From positions 110,108-174,107 of the IMG/VR virus record IMGVR_UViG_3300009158_000001: 64,000 nucleotides of DNA; one strand, 5' to 3'. This DNA is from a virus. Below the pieces are notes generated by a model, which had not been told where the DNA came from, searched no databases, and saw only the letters and a program-made list of their open reading frames with translations. This document shows, piece after piece, positions 11,101 through 18,144 of the stretch (position 1 is the first letter of the stretch; every line of letters starts with the position of its first letter). A program made the position numbers and the translations under genes.

Positions 11101-14100
11101 TGCAAAGCTGCAGGGTAATTACTTCTTGGCTCAAACTGAGTTGGAAACTAGCCGCGCTGGTATTGCAGCCATTAGGCATACGATTGAGACGAGTGCTTAT
11201 ACGTCTCAAGAACTGTCTTCTGATTTGATTGAGGCCTTCAAAGAAGGTTACCAATGGATGAAGACTCCTGGTGGCTATCAGTTGGTTAGCGCAAGAAAAG
11301 CTGCAGCAAACCCAGAGAAGATTCTCAAGGGCGAAGCTCTTGCTGCTGTGCTGGATGCGTGGATCAAGACTGCCATTGACGTTCAGGCAGACTCTCTTCG
11401 CGCAGAGGGTGCGAAGATTGTGCGCAGGTACGAAGAAGCACTTCAGCTTCTGCTTCCTGGGTACAGCTGCAAGGTCAATGGTGAGGATTGTCTCATGGCT
11501 GCATACAATAAAGCAGAACATGCGAAAAAGACAGACCCCAGCAATCCTGAGATTGCCTTGCTTCTTGCAGCGTACTATGCGGAGTACGAGAAAGAGCAAG
11601 CGGAGTACGAGAATGAGCAAGCGAAAATCCAAGCGCGTTACGAGAAAACCCATAAGGAATGTCAGGAGTATGAGCAGCGCGTTAAGGAGCAGGAAGGATG
11701 GGATGAAATCCCGTTCTGTAAAGCAGGTGCCGTTCTTTCGGCATTGGCTCTTGCAGCTGGGCTTCCTGCCTTCGTGGTAGTGTTGCCGCTTGCACTGACG
11801 GCACTGGCTGCTTTCATGAAGATGGAAAACTCTGACGTTGAAGGTGAGGAGATCCTCGCTGACAATGCAGAGTTCTGCCTGTACAGTACACCAATTGTCC
11901 GTCACACAACAGGCAAGTGGACTGCAGTCAAAGACAACAACACTGGGGAATCCGCCCCAGTCGAAGCTGGCGAAAGCCAGAAGGAGAAGCCCATGAGCTT
12001 CCTTGACAAGATGAACCAGACCATCCGAAATGTCTGGAACGAGCTCACCGGCCGTGAGAGAATTGGTACTGACGTGAAGACCAAGGCACCTGCCACGTAC
12101 GGCTCTATCCTTGCTGCCAGCAAGGTTGAGCACACGGCACTTACCCGTATCTGCGGTGGTAAGATCCGTGAGATGCAAGTCACCGAACTCAGCAGTGAAG
12201 AGCTGCGTGAGATCAAAGACTTCATCCGCCGTGATGGTGACACCTGGATCATTGTCCGCGACTCTCAGAAGTTCCACTTCCCGAACTGGGCAATGGAGAA
12301 GCTGGTGTCTGAGATTGTGATTGCAGGTCACGCTGTCGACAAGAAGGTCAGCCAGCAGGAAGTGAATAAGTATTTCGGCAGCTTGCTTTGGGCTCCTGCT
12401 GAGATTGTTTCCTTCCAGGCTAGCGAAGCCAAGGTCATGAGTGATGGGCTTGCCGCCATGTACGACGGTACCAACCTGATGAGCGATGAGCTTGCATCGA
12501 CTATCGACTGGGTTGGCTATGCAATTCGTCGACTGCTTACGGTACTCGGCTTGTTCAAGGGTATGTTCATTATCCTTCCTGCTGGGTACTTCCCGTCTGG
12601 GGTCAAGCTATTCGGCAGTGAGGTGAAGAAGCACCTTCGTCTGCGTCGGGATAGCGGTCGTGCACTTGCACTGCAGCCTCAGGCTAACGGTCACAGTGAT
12701 GTGGCTAGGACTCTAGGCATGCAGCTTTGGTCCATGCTGTTGGGCCCCTGGATTGCTAGTGTTGGTTTTGCCAATCTAGCGAAGGGAGCGTACGGCTATG
12801 CAATGTCGAACCTGAACAAGGCTAATGAGCGTCTTCTTGCTCCTGCAGAGGAAGAAGAAGAAGGCCGCGATGCCTTGATGGCTGAGGCTAGCCGCCTGCA
12901 CGGGTTCAATCCAATTGCTGTATTCAGGTCTTTTGCGACCAGCATGGCAAACGGGCTCACGAAGTCCTTCAATCCCAACAAGGTGAACATTGCACCTGTT
13001 GACGAGAAGGGCAGAAGCCTTGTGCCAAACGGCTATCCGATGATGCTGCCTTGGCTTGCGCTGGCAGAGCTGTGGCTCAAGGTCACGGGCAAAGTGCCAG
13101 AAGAGCTTGCTAAGAAGGTTGAAGATACCGAAAAGCTTCGTCTGCGGCTCTTTAAGCTTGCGAACGGCGCAATTCCAGTGCTTGTGCACAACATGCACCG
13201 CCTTGATGCGGCTAAGGTTGCAGGCATTCGTCGCATGGCTATTGCTGCTATTGCGACTCGCATCCCGACTGGCAAGACCAGCGGTATCGAGGTTATGCTC
13301 TTCGACGCAGAAGAGTATGGGGCAGATCTACTGCCTGAGATCGTTGGCCGTAAGAAGAACGACATTGAGTTCTGGCTCTTCCCTTGCGAGGAGACCACGG
13401 CCTTCAAGGTTGCTTCTGAGGGCGGCGACGACGACGACCTGTACGAGTTCCTCCTGGGAATTCTGCACAAGCTGGCTCGCCTTGGCCTTGAGTGGCGGGC
13501 AAAGATCCTCGATGTGAGTGCCGATACGCAAAAGGCCATGGACGAAATCAAAGTTCGCTTTGCTCGTCAGGTGGCAGCATTCAAAGAAGACCGTAAGCTT
13601 CTTGCAAAGCTGATGGAGATGCCTTATGCAAAAGTCTTCACGGCAAATGGCAAGGTCAGGGCAGGCTGGCCGTCTCTCTTGGGTGTTACCATGGCACCAG
13701 GTGGATGGCAGATCCGTCACACGGAAGCTGTTGAAGATATCATCGTGATGACCGAGGAGTCCCGTGAAGATATCGCCACCCAGGCTCGCCTCTTTGCTGA
13801 GGTAATGACAGCAAACAACGACAGCCCGTTCACCAGCGCCATTGGCACTGTTGCGCAGAGCCACAAGTTTGCCACTGGCATCTTGACTGGAAACGTTGTG
13901 CTGACGAACAGTATCGGTGCTCTGGATAAGATCTGGGCACTCTTTGTTCTTGCTACCATTCTGCTGTCGGATATGGTAGACGCTTGCAACAAGGGCAAGA
14001 AGTACGCAGAGGCTGGTGCTGCACTCATGTACCTTAACTGGGCATGGGGCTGGCTGTGCTATCGTATTGCTAGCAATCCAGATGCTAAGGTTATCTGCCC

Positions 14101-16453
14101 TGCGCAGTATCTAGTATCTGTGCCTCCTGCTGCCAAAGAGCTGTTCAACGCACGTCATGCTAATAAGATGACTGTTGATGGCAAAGTTGTTCAGCCGGGC
14201 AAGCTTCTCAACAATCTCTATGAGAACCATAGAGAGCTTGGCGAGACGGTCGAGGCTATGATCCGCGAAGAGCACAACCGTGCTGAGTTCTCGGCTACGG
14301 TAACTGCGATGCTTCAGACTGTTAGCGTTCCTGTGCCTGGGGCTGCTTCTGCTCAGGGTATGGGCTCGGAAGTCTGGGCTGAAGTCTGGACTGCAAGCGG
14401 CCGCAAGAAGATCTACCTGGATGGTCTCAAGCAGAAGTCTGCTATGAGGTTCGAAGACATTCGGGCAGAGCAGCGTTACATGGCAGAACTCAACAATGCA
14501 ACCGTCTACGCAGCACATGCTGAGTTTGACCGTATTGTCATGGGTCGCCTTGTGAAAGCTGATCCTAACGCTACTAGTGAGGAGATTGCAGCTATGTTCA
14601 AGCTTTGCAAGCTTGGCATGGTCTACTCGTATGCTTTCAAGACTGTTGGCTACGAAGAGAACTGCGTCAAGATCCTTATGGATGAAGAGGGAGAGTTCGG
14701 CGCTTCTGGCGGCGTTCCTACCTACATCATCCCTGTCAGCGGCAACTGCACCTTTATCGGCAACTTTGCAGGTAGCAGCGAGATCCTCCTTGAGTGGATG
14801 ATGAATCCTGCTACACTCGCACTTGTTGCTGAGATCAAAGCCAAGGCTGGCGACTTCAAGTACGTCGTTCTCTCCATGAAGGGTGAAGCCTTTGGAGAGA
14901 TGATTGACGGCGGTCGTGACCTCAGGTACAGCGAGGCTGACTTTGATGGCAAATCCATCACGGAGATCCTCTGTATGCCTGGCGTTGCTCTTGCTGGCAA
15001 TCAGCGTGAAGAAAGCCACGTTGATCAGAGCACCTGGCTTGCAAGTGTAGCAGACACGGTCACGCAACGTCGCAACGACATTCTTCGCAAGCTGAAGGCG
15101 GAGAACAAAGCAGCAGAAGCATTGCTTCGCGGCAAGACTTTCGGAGAGCTTCTTCAGGAGTTCAACGTAACGGTCGTCGCAGAGTCCGTCACTGGCACTG
15201 CCAAGGTCGAAAAGATCGAGGCGTTCAAGTGGATGGACAAGAAGCATGCGGGTCGTACGTACCCAAACACCTTTGTCATTGTTCGCTTCGGGAATGAAGC
15301 AGATCCTGTGACTGAGGAGATGGAAGAGGATGATATTACCATCTTCCTTGCTGACGAAGTGATTGAGGCTGCTCCTGACACCAAGGAGAACATTACGATC
15401 GAGGCCTCTGCTCCTGTGGTTGAAAAGACTGCAGAAGCAAAAAAAGACAGCATAAGCGATAAGCTCAACCGCATCTTCGGCAAGAAGGAGGCTGTTAAGC
15501 CCCCTGCTCCTATCGAAGTCGTGCCTGCTGCTGTTGTTGCGGCTGCTACTGGACAAGAGGAGCTCAAGATCCTGAGCATTTCTGAGCCTGCCTTTGCGAA
15601 AGAAGGATGGTCCCAGACCAGCGAAGGAAAGCTTGTGCGCCGCACTTTCAGCAAGACCAAAGTCAAGGAAGTCTTTGCTGCTGGCTGGAACTTCTGCTTC
15701 TGCGAGGGCGATGGAGACAAGTGGGTCATTGCAGACACCCGCTTTGGTTTTGTCATTGGCCGCGGACAGACTCAGGTCATAGCGTTGCAAAGGGCAATTG
15801 CAAACACCCAGGCTGCTAAGGTTGGACGCAACCTTCTTGACGAAGTCCAGTTCTCGAACTGGCTCTTTGACCGTGCAACTCAGGCTCAGCGTCCGCTTGT
15901 TGACCTGATTGCAGAGCACAACAAGAAGGAAGAGCCCGTGGCCGAGGCAACTCCTGCTACTCCTGTTGTTGTCGCAGAGACTGCTGGTACTAAGCCTACT
16001 AGCCGTTGCGTTGGTAACTTCGCATTGGCTGGCCTTCAGCACTCTAGTAACGTCAATGTTGCTGAGCGTGAGCTTGTTGAGGGCGTAAAGATTACTCTCA
16101 TCCGCAATGTGGCTCACCCCAAGGATGCAAATGCCGTTGAGGTCCATGTGAATGGTTACCGCTTCGGGTATGTTCCTAAGGAAGCCGCTGCAAGGCTGGC
16201 TCCTCGGATGGACATCGGCGTGAAGGCGTGGGCCATTGTCACGGGATGGGAAAACGGGTACGCCCGCTTCGATCTGTTCCTTGGCAAGACGCCCACTACC
16301 TTGGAGACGTTCAACTACCAGCGTGACGAAATCGAGCGTGCATGCGAGGGGCTTGCCTGGCTGGAGTCGTACGACGCGACCGATGAACAGAAGGCTCCGG
16401 CTAATGCCCTCCTTGCGCACTTTGCTGCCCTTTGTGGTAGCCTTAAGCTCTGA
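5162..16453 (+). CDS. 3763-aa polyprotein-like ORF: membrane segments, two trypsin-like serine proteases, basic/coiled-coil and acidic regions, two-barrel RNA polymerase, HIRAN domain
   Basis: Open frame with SD AGGAG at 5151; domain motifs are listed in the sub-features; several in-frame internal SD+ATG sites. Confidence 0.85.
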   Translation: MTIALIVLAIFVCIVILSNTVSYLMTANKTAPITPAEVRMNNNNHPLIVLAIVTLVVIGGLVTFGIGKTAGLWAQPSFEDLVDPYAVAEYEQVALRITSFPHPGVGQYSPDEGTNCTGWAWKGHMYGITHCDVDTYIIGKETGETPDPVVRINTDHVVSVPVLGNDLYTVGMECSPDLRWWGATTGEWRNLDWSDIDVETFSPNNRAASLMLERWHGSVNRAQDALAQQNEYSASLYTNTALFQQGEWEILSKGQRYCYDSQDDVVGHGGWFRSGDSGGVLLAGDEPIGAVSYSNGSETRNCFSAIALSQEKSYQDFEFRELSSTTMDLTGKFKTAASHSGMQGRIFRSLNTETTNAHQGKENFMPYLILAILGLILAAATTTIKVKEFLMSNLRTIVIGFLIVLGLVVPIVLAWNHALTVCPVTDAWFSVNFMNGALVSIVVEMAAIAAVLAMATLISEMSCPKWMVKPILAITPNLATITANKAKESVMPIRLYIAIILTIAIFVPMALIATFREAFVCILGLGPLAFTAIDLILHVEYHYHVRELSIVTKKLIAHQKLHKLLFGGMALLAMVLGGCGDTIQQAPAGMGEIVAAHNGECSAFHWQGQIRTAAHCTYASTDWRDNATAVLHQQQGKHAIPEDLADIGQECSPDLRWWGATTGRTLPVEDVKFYAVKRGQNVWDLGEQVPPWTPGAQACFTQTLHNRFSDGDSGGPLLAGDEPVGSVSWSSNLPWGMACFGRLEKQPMWGNLSTSSPQGGKGFRMKSIEMTDSLAVTLTQVFTDLAIAGAILALAFLLARVRAKFRTHDETNAGNSAGLIGAKNPSKGHMSPILAFVARLTSVIVILLLGVCLLAAPGVTPLVSSNNSPTIETGIDPEAIAKIVQRLKKRLAYGMRMAKKKRWTVRRLNRWLVANGYKAKAKKAKKAVAKAVVKFDRAGMTRRQRRAKAHKAKVAATKAETKARGVKRRAEAKATNDAIAKLEAAIAFLGLIARVARHQRRMEVSAARSKRKVARKATAKPAAKKIIVRAEGAGRPTFHPRRSKVQGYNPAAQSRQEIITSREKREERRLAREARHLTLLNRAYAALLNMVVEGTAFKAGWTLRGACMLLADNMAWVAAQAEIQTFDQDDDVAWQYEAAVRNIPFEIKREVENAEVDAAWALIEANDKKVLAEIKQANAKARAKRKAEREERIATHRAKVDAERAEREAAKAVKAEERRKREMAKAERLVEALKAREAKKGKTTKVDVTPVSPVAKLREVQANSPVLAVVAGLGLATGMVAVAVIALAAIAFFAIRKNRAEDCKEETVDADWGDLLEAPAEPQPQSLLLRLTELLGQESPAREVVAYEPAPAPVTVPAEPEPQSLLGRLIELLPEAEARATEPATCACGIPQEEGYVCDTCVLNEYAAGMANALENAVEEFPFTDPGDWDGGAIDDVYAAQLMAADREAAQRDAADLEEHLQVLAAEAALADLDQEAEQDIDPLDLLVEKAKEEEMEEEKTPEQVWAEICNELTVSPRNYSANAAMNILIEMYQRKIDLFRFRHFGTTRTFTRKDKDGDRRTSKTKTLRKDVIVRFASILRQDKEMATWFAEASHDPSWEQFWVGIESLMKDKKQAWTAQDWRILRARYEAAVLVVNDLCIEFLGQSKSKPKFMASEVSCLVTKDTFRYRAVGAQEAMEACKRINAKHKGGFCVARGVYQEQMLSGSHLPWVVDKADGEGNWLEFGFVLTTSAGVADWGFGRENRNNSSVELKTATEMLGGIVQLDQYKPERAYIEMFHKNWTLMKKPSLNDWKTFIKTAFANGNMLFINPTTMDTRHVAKNGTSYSKSVTDNGTTASTVHTFFNDGSVTTVMTRKTLDANSKGFAHKFSSARTTIRKFFLKHSGIRDLKVLPWEVVESRDELATKFGNESYDQYQACRKAISADRNHRLDVVVLSRVNNARFEAWATEYVQNKQSSVVYHIKTRQPLTLSQLNKQNKALAKLQGNYFLAQTELETSRAGIAAIRHTIETSAYTSQELSSDLIEAFKEGYQWMKTPGGYQLVSARKAAANPEKILKGEALAAVLDAWIKTAIDVQADSLRAEGAKIVRRYEEALQLLLPGYSCKVNGEDCLMAAYNKAEHAKKTDPSNPEIALLLAAYYAEYEKEQAEYENEQAKIQARYEKTHKECQEYEQRVKEQEGWDEIPFCKAGAVLSALALAAGLPAFVVVLPLALTALAAFMKMENSDVEGEEILADNAEFCLYSTPIVRHTTGKWTAVKDNNTGESAPVEAGESQKEKPMSFLDKMNQTIRNVWNELTGRERIGTDVKTKAPATYGSILAASKVEHTALTRICGGKIREMQVTELSSEELREIKDFIRRDGDTWIIVRDSQKFHFPNWAMEKLVSEIVIAGHAVDKKVSQQEVNKYFGSLLWAPAEIVSFQASEAKVMSDGLAAMYDGTNLMSDELASTIDWVGYAIRRLLTVLGLFKGMFIILPAGYFPSGVKLFGSEVKKHLRLRRDSGRALALQPQANGHSDVARTLGMQLWSMLLGPWIASVGFANLAKGAYGYAMSNLNKANERLLAPAEEEEEGRDALMAEASRLHGFNPIAVFRSFATSMANGLTKSFNPNKVNIAPVDEKGRSLVPNGYPMMLPWLALAELWLKVTGKVPEELAKKVEDTEKLRLRLFKLANGAIPVLVHNMHRLDAAKVAGIRRMAIAAIATRIPTGKTSGIEVMLFDAEEYGADLLPEIVGRKKNDIEFWLFPCEETTAFKVASEGGDDDDLYEFLLGILHKLARLGLEWRAKILDVSADTQKAMDEIKVRFARQVAAFKEDRKLLAKLMEMPYAKVFTANGKVRAGWPSLLGVTMAPGGWQIRHTEAVEDIIVMTEESREDIATQARLFAEVMTANNDSPFTSAIGTVAQSHKFATGILTGNVVLTNSIGALDKIWALFVLATILLSDMVDACNKGKKYAEAGAALMYLNWAWGWLCYRIASNPDAKVICPAQYLVSVPPAAKELFNARHANKMTVDGKVVQPGKLLNNLYENHRELGETVEAMIREEHNRAEFSATVTAMLQTVSVPVPGAASAQGMGSEVWAEVWTASGRKKIYLDGLKQKSAMRFEDIRAEQRYMAELNNATVYAAHAEFDRIVMGRLVKADPNATSEEIAAMFKLCKLGMVYSYAFKTVGYEENCVKILMDEEGEFGASGGVPTYIIPVSGNCTFIGNFAGSSEILLEWMMNPATLALVAEIKAKAGDFKYVVLSMKGEAFGEMIDGGRDLRYSEADFDGKSITEILCMPGVALAGNQREESHVDQSTWLASVADTVTQRRNDILRKLKAENKAAEALLRGKTFGELLQEFNVTVVAESVTGTAKVEKIEAFKWMDKKHAGRTYPNTFVIVRFGNEADPVTEEMEEDDITIFLADEVIEAAPDTKENITIEASAPVVEKTAEAKKDSISDKLNRIFGKKEAVKPPAPIEVVPAAVVAAATGQEELKILSISEPAFAKEGWSQTSEGKLVRRTFSKTKVKEVFAAGWNFCFCEGDGDKWVIADTRFGFVIGRGQTQVIALQRAIANTQAAKVGRNLLDEVQFSNWLFDRATQAQRPLVDLIAEHNKKEEPVAEATPATPVVVAETAGTKPTSRCVGNFALAGLQHSSNVNVAERELVEGVKITLIRNVAHPKDANAVEVHVNGYRFGYVPKEAAARLAPRMDIGVKAWAIVTGWENGYARFDLFLGKTPTTLETFNYQRDEIERACEGLAWLESYDATDEQKAPANALLAHFAALCGSLKL
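5500..6080 (+). other. Trypsin-like serine protease domain 1 of the giant ORF
   Basis: CTG..GITHC (His, 5546-5554), GNDLY (Asp), GDSGG (5984-5998), then LLAGDEPIGAVS; preceded by a signal-anchor. Confidence 0.7.
6940..7390 (+). other. Trypsin-like serine protease domain 2 of the giant ORF, preceded by a lipobox-like LGGC
   Basis: CSA..TAAHC (6995-7009), EDLA (Asp), GDSGGPL (7292-7312), GSVSW; LGGC at 6887-6898 follows a basic and hydrophobic stretch. Confidence 0.8.
11993..15300 (+). other. Single-subunit double-psi-barrel RNA polymerase domain (YonO / cellular-RdRP-like); C-terminal boundary approximate
   Basis: Motifs in family order: YDGTNLMS (12461), FKGMF (12554), TRIP (13256), GGDDDD (13421-13438), AIG (13838), SDMVDACNKG (13967-13996). 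Has its own SD AAGGAG + ATG at 11993. Confidence 0.75.
16019..16285 (+). other. HIRAN domain at the C-terminus of the giant ORF
   Basis: FALAGLQH...ITLIRNVAHPKDANAVEV..GYRFGYVPKEAAARLAPRMD matches the HIRAN consensus. Confidence 0.85.
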
Positions 16454-16475
16454 GGTTACTATGAAGGAGATCCTC

Positions 16476-16733
16476 ATGAAGTACATGGGTGGTGCTAAGT
16501 ATCCTGGTCCTTGCCGCAATTGCAGCCGCTACTGTGGTTGTGATACACTGCGGCTCTTCCGAGATGACCGATATAAGGCAGCGAAGTGGGTCACAATCTG
16601 CACAGATTGCTGTGAAGAATGGGATGCCCGCTTCAACAAGCCCAAGGCCATTGTGGCTCCTCAACCTGCTCCTGTAAAGGAAGTGAAGGTTGTGGAAGTC
16701 GCTAAGCCAAAGCAACTTTCGTTGTTCGGCTAG
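16476..16733 (+). CDS. Small Cys-rich (zinc-finger-like) protein
   Basis: SD AAGGAG before ATG 16476 (alternative in-frame ATG at 16461); CRNC..CTDC. Confidence 0.6.
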   Translation: MKYMGGAKYPGPCRNCSRYCGCDTLRLFRDDRYKAAKWVTICTDCCEEWDARFNKPKAIVAPQPAPVKEVKVVEVAKPKQLSLFG

Positions 16734-16777
16734 AGAACTGACAGTTTGAACTAAAGCCCTATTCTACAACCCTTTTC

Positions 16778-16806
16778 AAAAGAGCTCACTTTGTGAGCTT
16801 TTTTTT
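16778..16806 (+). terminator. Intrinsic terminator
   Basis: AGCTCAC-TTT-GTGAGCT followed by a T-tract. Confidence 0.8.
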
Positions 16807-16897
16807 ACTACTTACTTACAGAGGCCAAACGACTCCGCTACTCCGCTCCCCCTCGAAAGCCTGTGTGTATTTTGTAATTTCTGCACCCCCTTGGAGA

Positions 16898-16912
16898 GGC
16901 TCCTGCGTCGCC
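16898..16912 (+). promoter_or_regulatory. Hairpin motif copy 1 (putative phage-RNAP promoter)
   Basis: GGC-TCCTGCGTC-GCC. Confidence 0.65.
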
Positions 16913-16970
16913 CAGAGCATTGTAGGCTTCGCTCCCTGGCAACAAAGCTAGACCAACGAGAGGTCTGGTG

Positions 16971-16987
16971 GGCCTCCTGCGTCGGCC
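16971..16987 (+). promoter_or_regulatory. Hairpin motif copy 2
   Basis: GGCC-TCCTGCGTC-GGCC. Confidence 0.65.
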
Positions 16988-16989
16988 AG

Positions 16990-17152
16990 ATATAGTGAGC
17001 GTTCACGCTTGCTATACTGGCGGATCCGTCCCAGTAGATGCGAGAGATAACGGATAGGTACCTCCCAAACGTCTACCTTGTCGGGTGTGGGAAGGCCGAA
17101 AACGCTGACAAGGAAAGAACCTCTGGCCTCACGGCTGGGGGTTCTTTTTTTT
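16990..17152 (+). ncRNA. Putative structured small RNA ending in an intrinsic terminator
   Basis: No credible ORF. Stems TATAGTGAGCG/CGCTTGCTATA and CCTTGTCGG/CTGACAAGG; terminator at 17115-17152. Confidence 0.45.
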
Positions 17153-17201
17153 CCACTCCGCTGAATAACCAGATAACTTGTGGCAACCAGGGGTCTTACG
17201 A

Positions 17202-17216
17202 GGCTCCTTCGTCGCC
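17202..17216 (+). promoter_or_regulatory. Hairpin motif copy 3
   Basis: GGC-TCCTTCGTC-GCC. Confidence 0.65.
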
Positions 17217-17219
17217 CAA

Positions 17220-17457
17220 AGCATCGGATGGTGGCTGCCGCTACCCGTATCAGAGAAGGCCTGTCGGTCTCTGGTATGTATCAGACAGGGGCGGTTGCCA
17301 GTCCGCCTAACAGAAAAACTGGCCGTCATCCCCTTTAGGATGGCATGTTTACGTCCCCTCTTGGACGGGTTCCTGGTAGTGGTAATCCTACTTACTGCGT
17401 ACCAGGATAGAGAGGTAAAGCCCCAGCACAGTAGGATGTGTTGGGGTTTTATTTTTG
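17220..17457 (+). ncRNA. Putative structured small RNA ending in an intrinsic terminator
   Basis: No SD-led ORF. Stems CCTGTC/GACAGG, GCCAGT/ACTGGC, GCCGTC/GATGGC, TCCTGGTA/TACCAGGA; terminator at 17417-17457. Confidence 0.45.
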
Positions 17458-17508
17458 TTACTCCGCTATATAAGTAGATTACTAGTAACTATATAGTGGT
17501 TTGTTGGC

Positions 17509-17523
17509 GGCTCCTACGTCGCC
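17509..17523 (+). promoter_or_regulatory. Hairpin motif copy 4
   Basis: GGC-TCCTACGTC-GCC. Confidence 0.65.
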
Positions 17524-17526
17524 CAA

Positions 17527-17674
17527 AGCACTGGGCGTTGACGCTCTGCCATCTCCGTTGGTAGAGACTAGCTTTAAAACACGGGGAGTCCCAGGTCGGC
17601 CTTACGGGCTTGGATAAGACTATTGGCAGAAGGACAGATTCCCACTACTAGGCCGGTAGTGGGTTTCTTTTTTT
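17527..17674 (+). ncRNA. Putative small RNA ending in an intrinsic terminator
   Basis: No SD-led ORF; terminator CCCACTAC/GTAGTGGG + T-tract at 17641-17674. Confidence 0.4.
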
Positions 17675-17692
17675 GGCCTCCTTCGTCGGCCA
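17674..17692 (+). promoter_or_regulatory. Hairpin motif copy 5
   Basis: TGGCC-TCCTTCGTC-GGCCA. Confidence 0.65.
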
Positions 17693-17736
17693 GAGATTAT
17701 GAGGCACTTTCGCCTCTCGGTCCTTAGGAGGACACC

Positions 17737-17949
17737 ATGAAGGCAGGTAAGTATCACTCGTACGACTGGCGAACCGAGCGGGATGCGGATGCTGATAGGA
17801 GCGTCTTCGTCCAGGCCTGGAAAGCCAAGTTCCCTGGGGTCGTGCCGCAGTTCGCCATCATCCTGGATGACGGCAGTTGCCACTGGTGGAACGAATGGCC
17901 AGACGGGCGGACTCGGCGGCTTCCGCCTAGCACATTCAAGATCGGCTAA
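17737..17949 (+). CDS. Hypothetical protein (70 aa)
   Basis: SD TAGGAGG; lies between motif copy 5 and a terminator. Confidence 0.75.
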   Translation: MKAGKYHSYDWRTERDADADRSVFVQAWKAKFPGVVPQFAIILDDGSCHWWNEWPDGRTRRLPPSTFKIG

Positions 17950-17955
17950 AGATAG

Positions 17956-17987
17956 ACCCTCGGCTTCGGTTGGGGGTTTTTCTTTTC
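17956..17987 (+). terminator. Intrinsic terminator with C-UUCG-G loop
   Basis: ACCCTCGGC-TTCG-GTTGGGGGT + T-tract. Confidence 0.8.
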
Positions 17988-18126
17988 TCACTCCGCTACA
18001 CAGTGGGGTGGCTCCAGCTCCCGGACTCTTCGGCGGTCAGCAGGTAGGAACCCAATAGCAAAAAGAGGCGAAAAAATATAGACTCCGCTATAGGCCGGAA
18101 AGGTTATATCAACTAGTAGTGTTGAG

Positions 18127-18141
18127 AGCTCCTGCGTCGCC
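18127..18141 (+). promoter_or_regulatory. Hairpin motif copy 6
   Basis: AGC-TCCTGCGTC-GCC. Confidence 0.6.
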
Positions 18142-18144
18142 TAA

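Noticed and set aside
5162-16453. Giant ORF explained by stop-codon reassignment
   Set aside because: The frame has no TAA, TAG or TGA at all, all three codons end neighbouring genes normally, and no suppressor tRNA is seen.
11993-16453. N4-type (T7-like) virion RNAP, suggested by size and the hairpin motifs
   Set aside because: I found no T7-family motifs A, B and C in order; the motifs match the two-barrel family.
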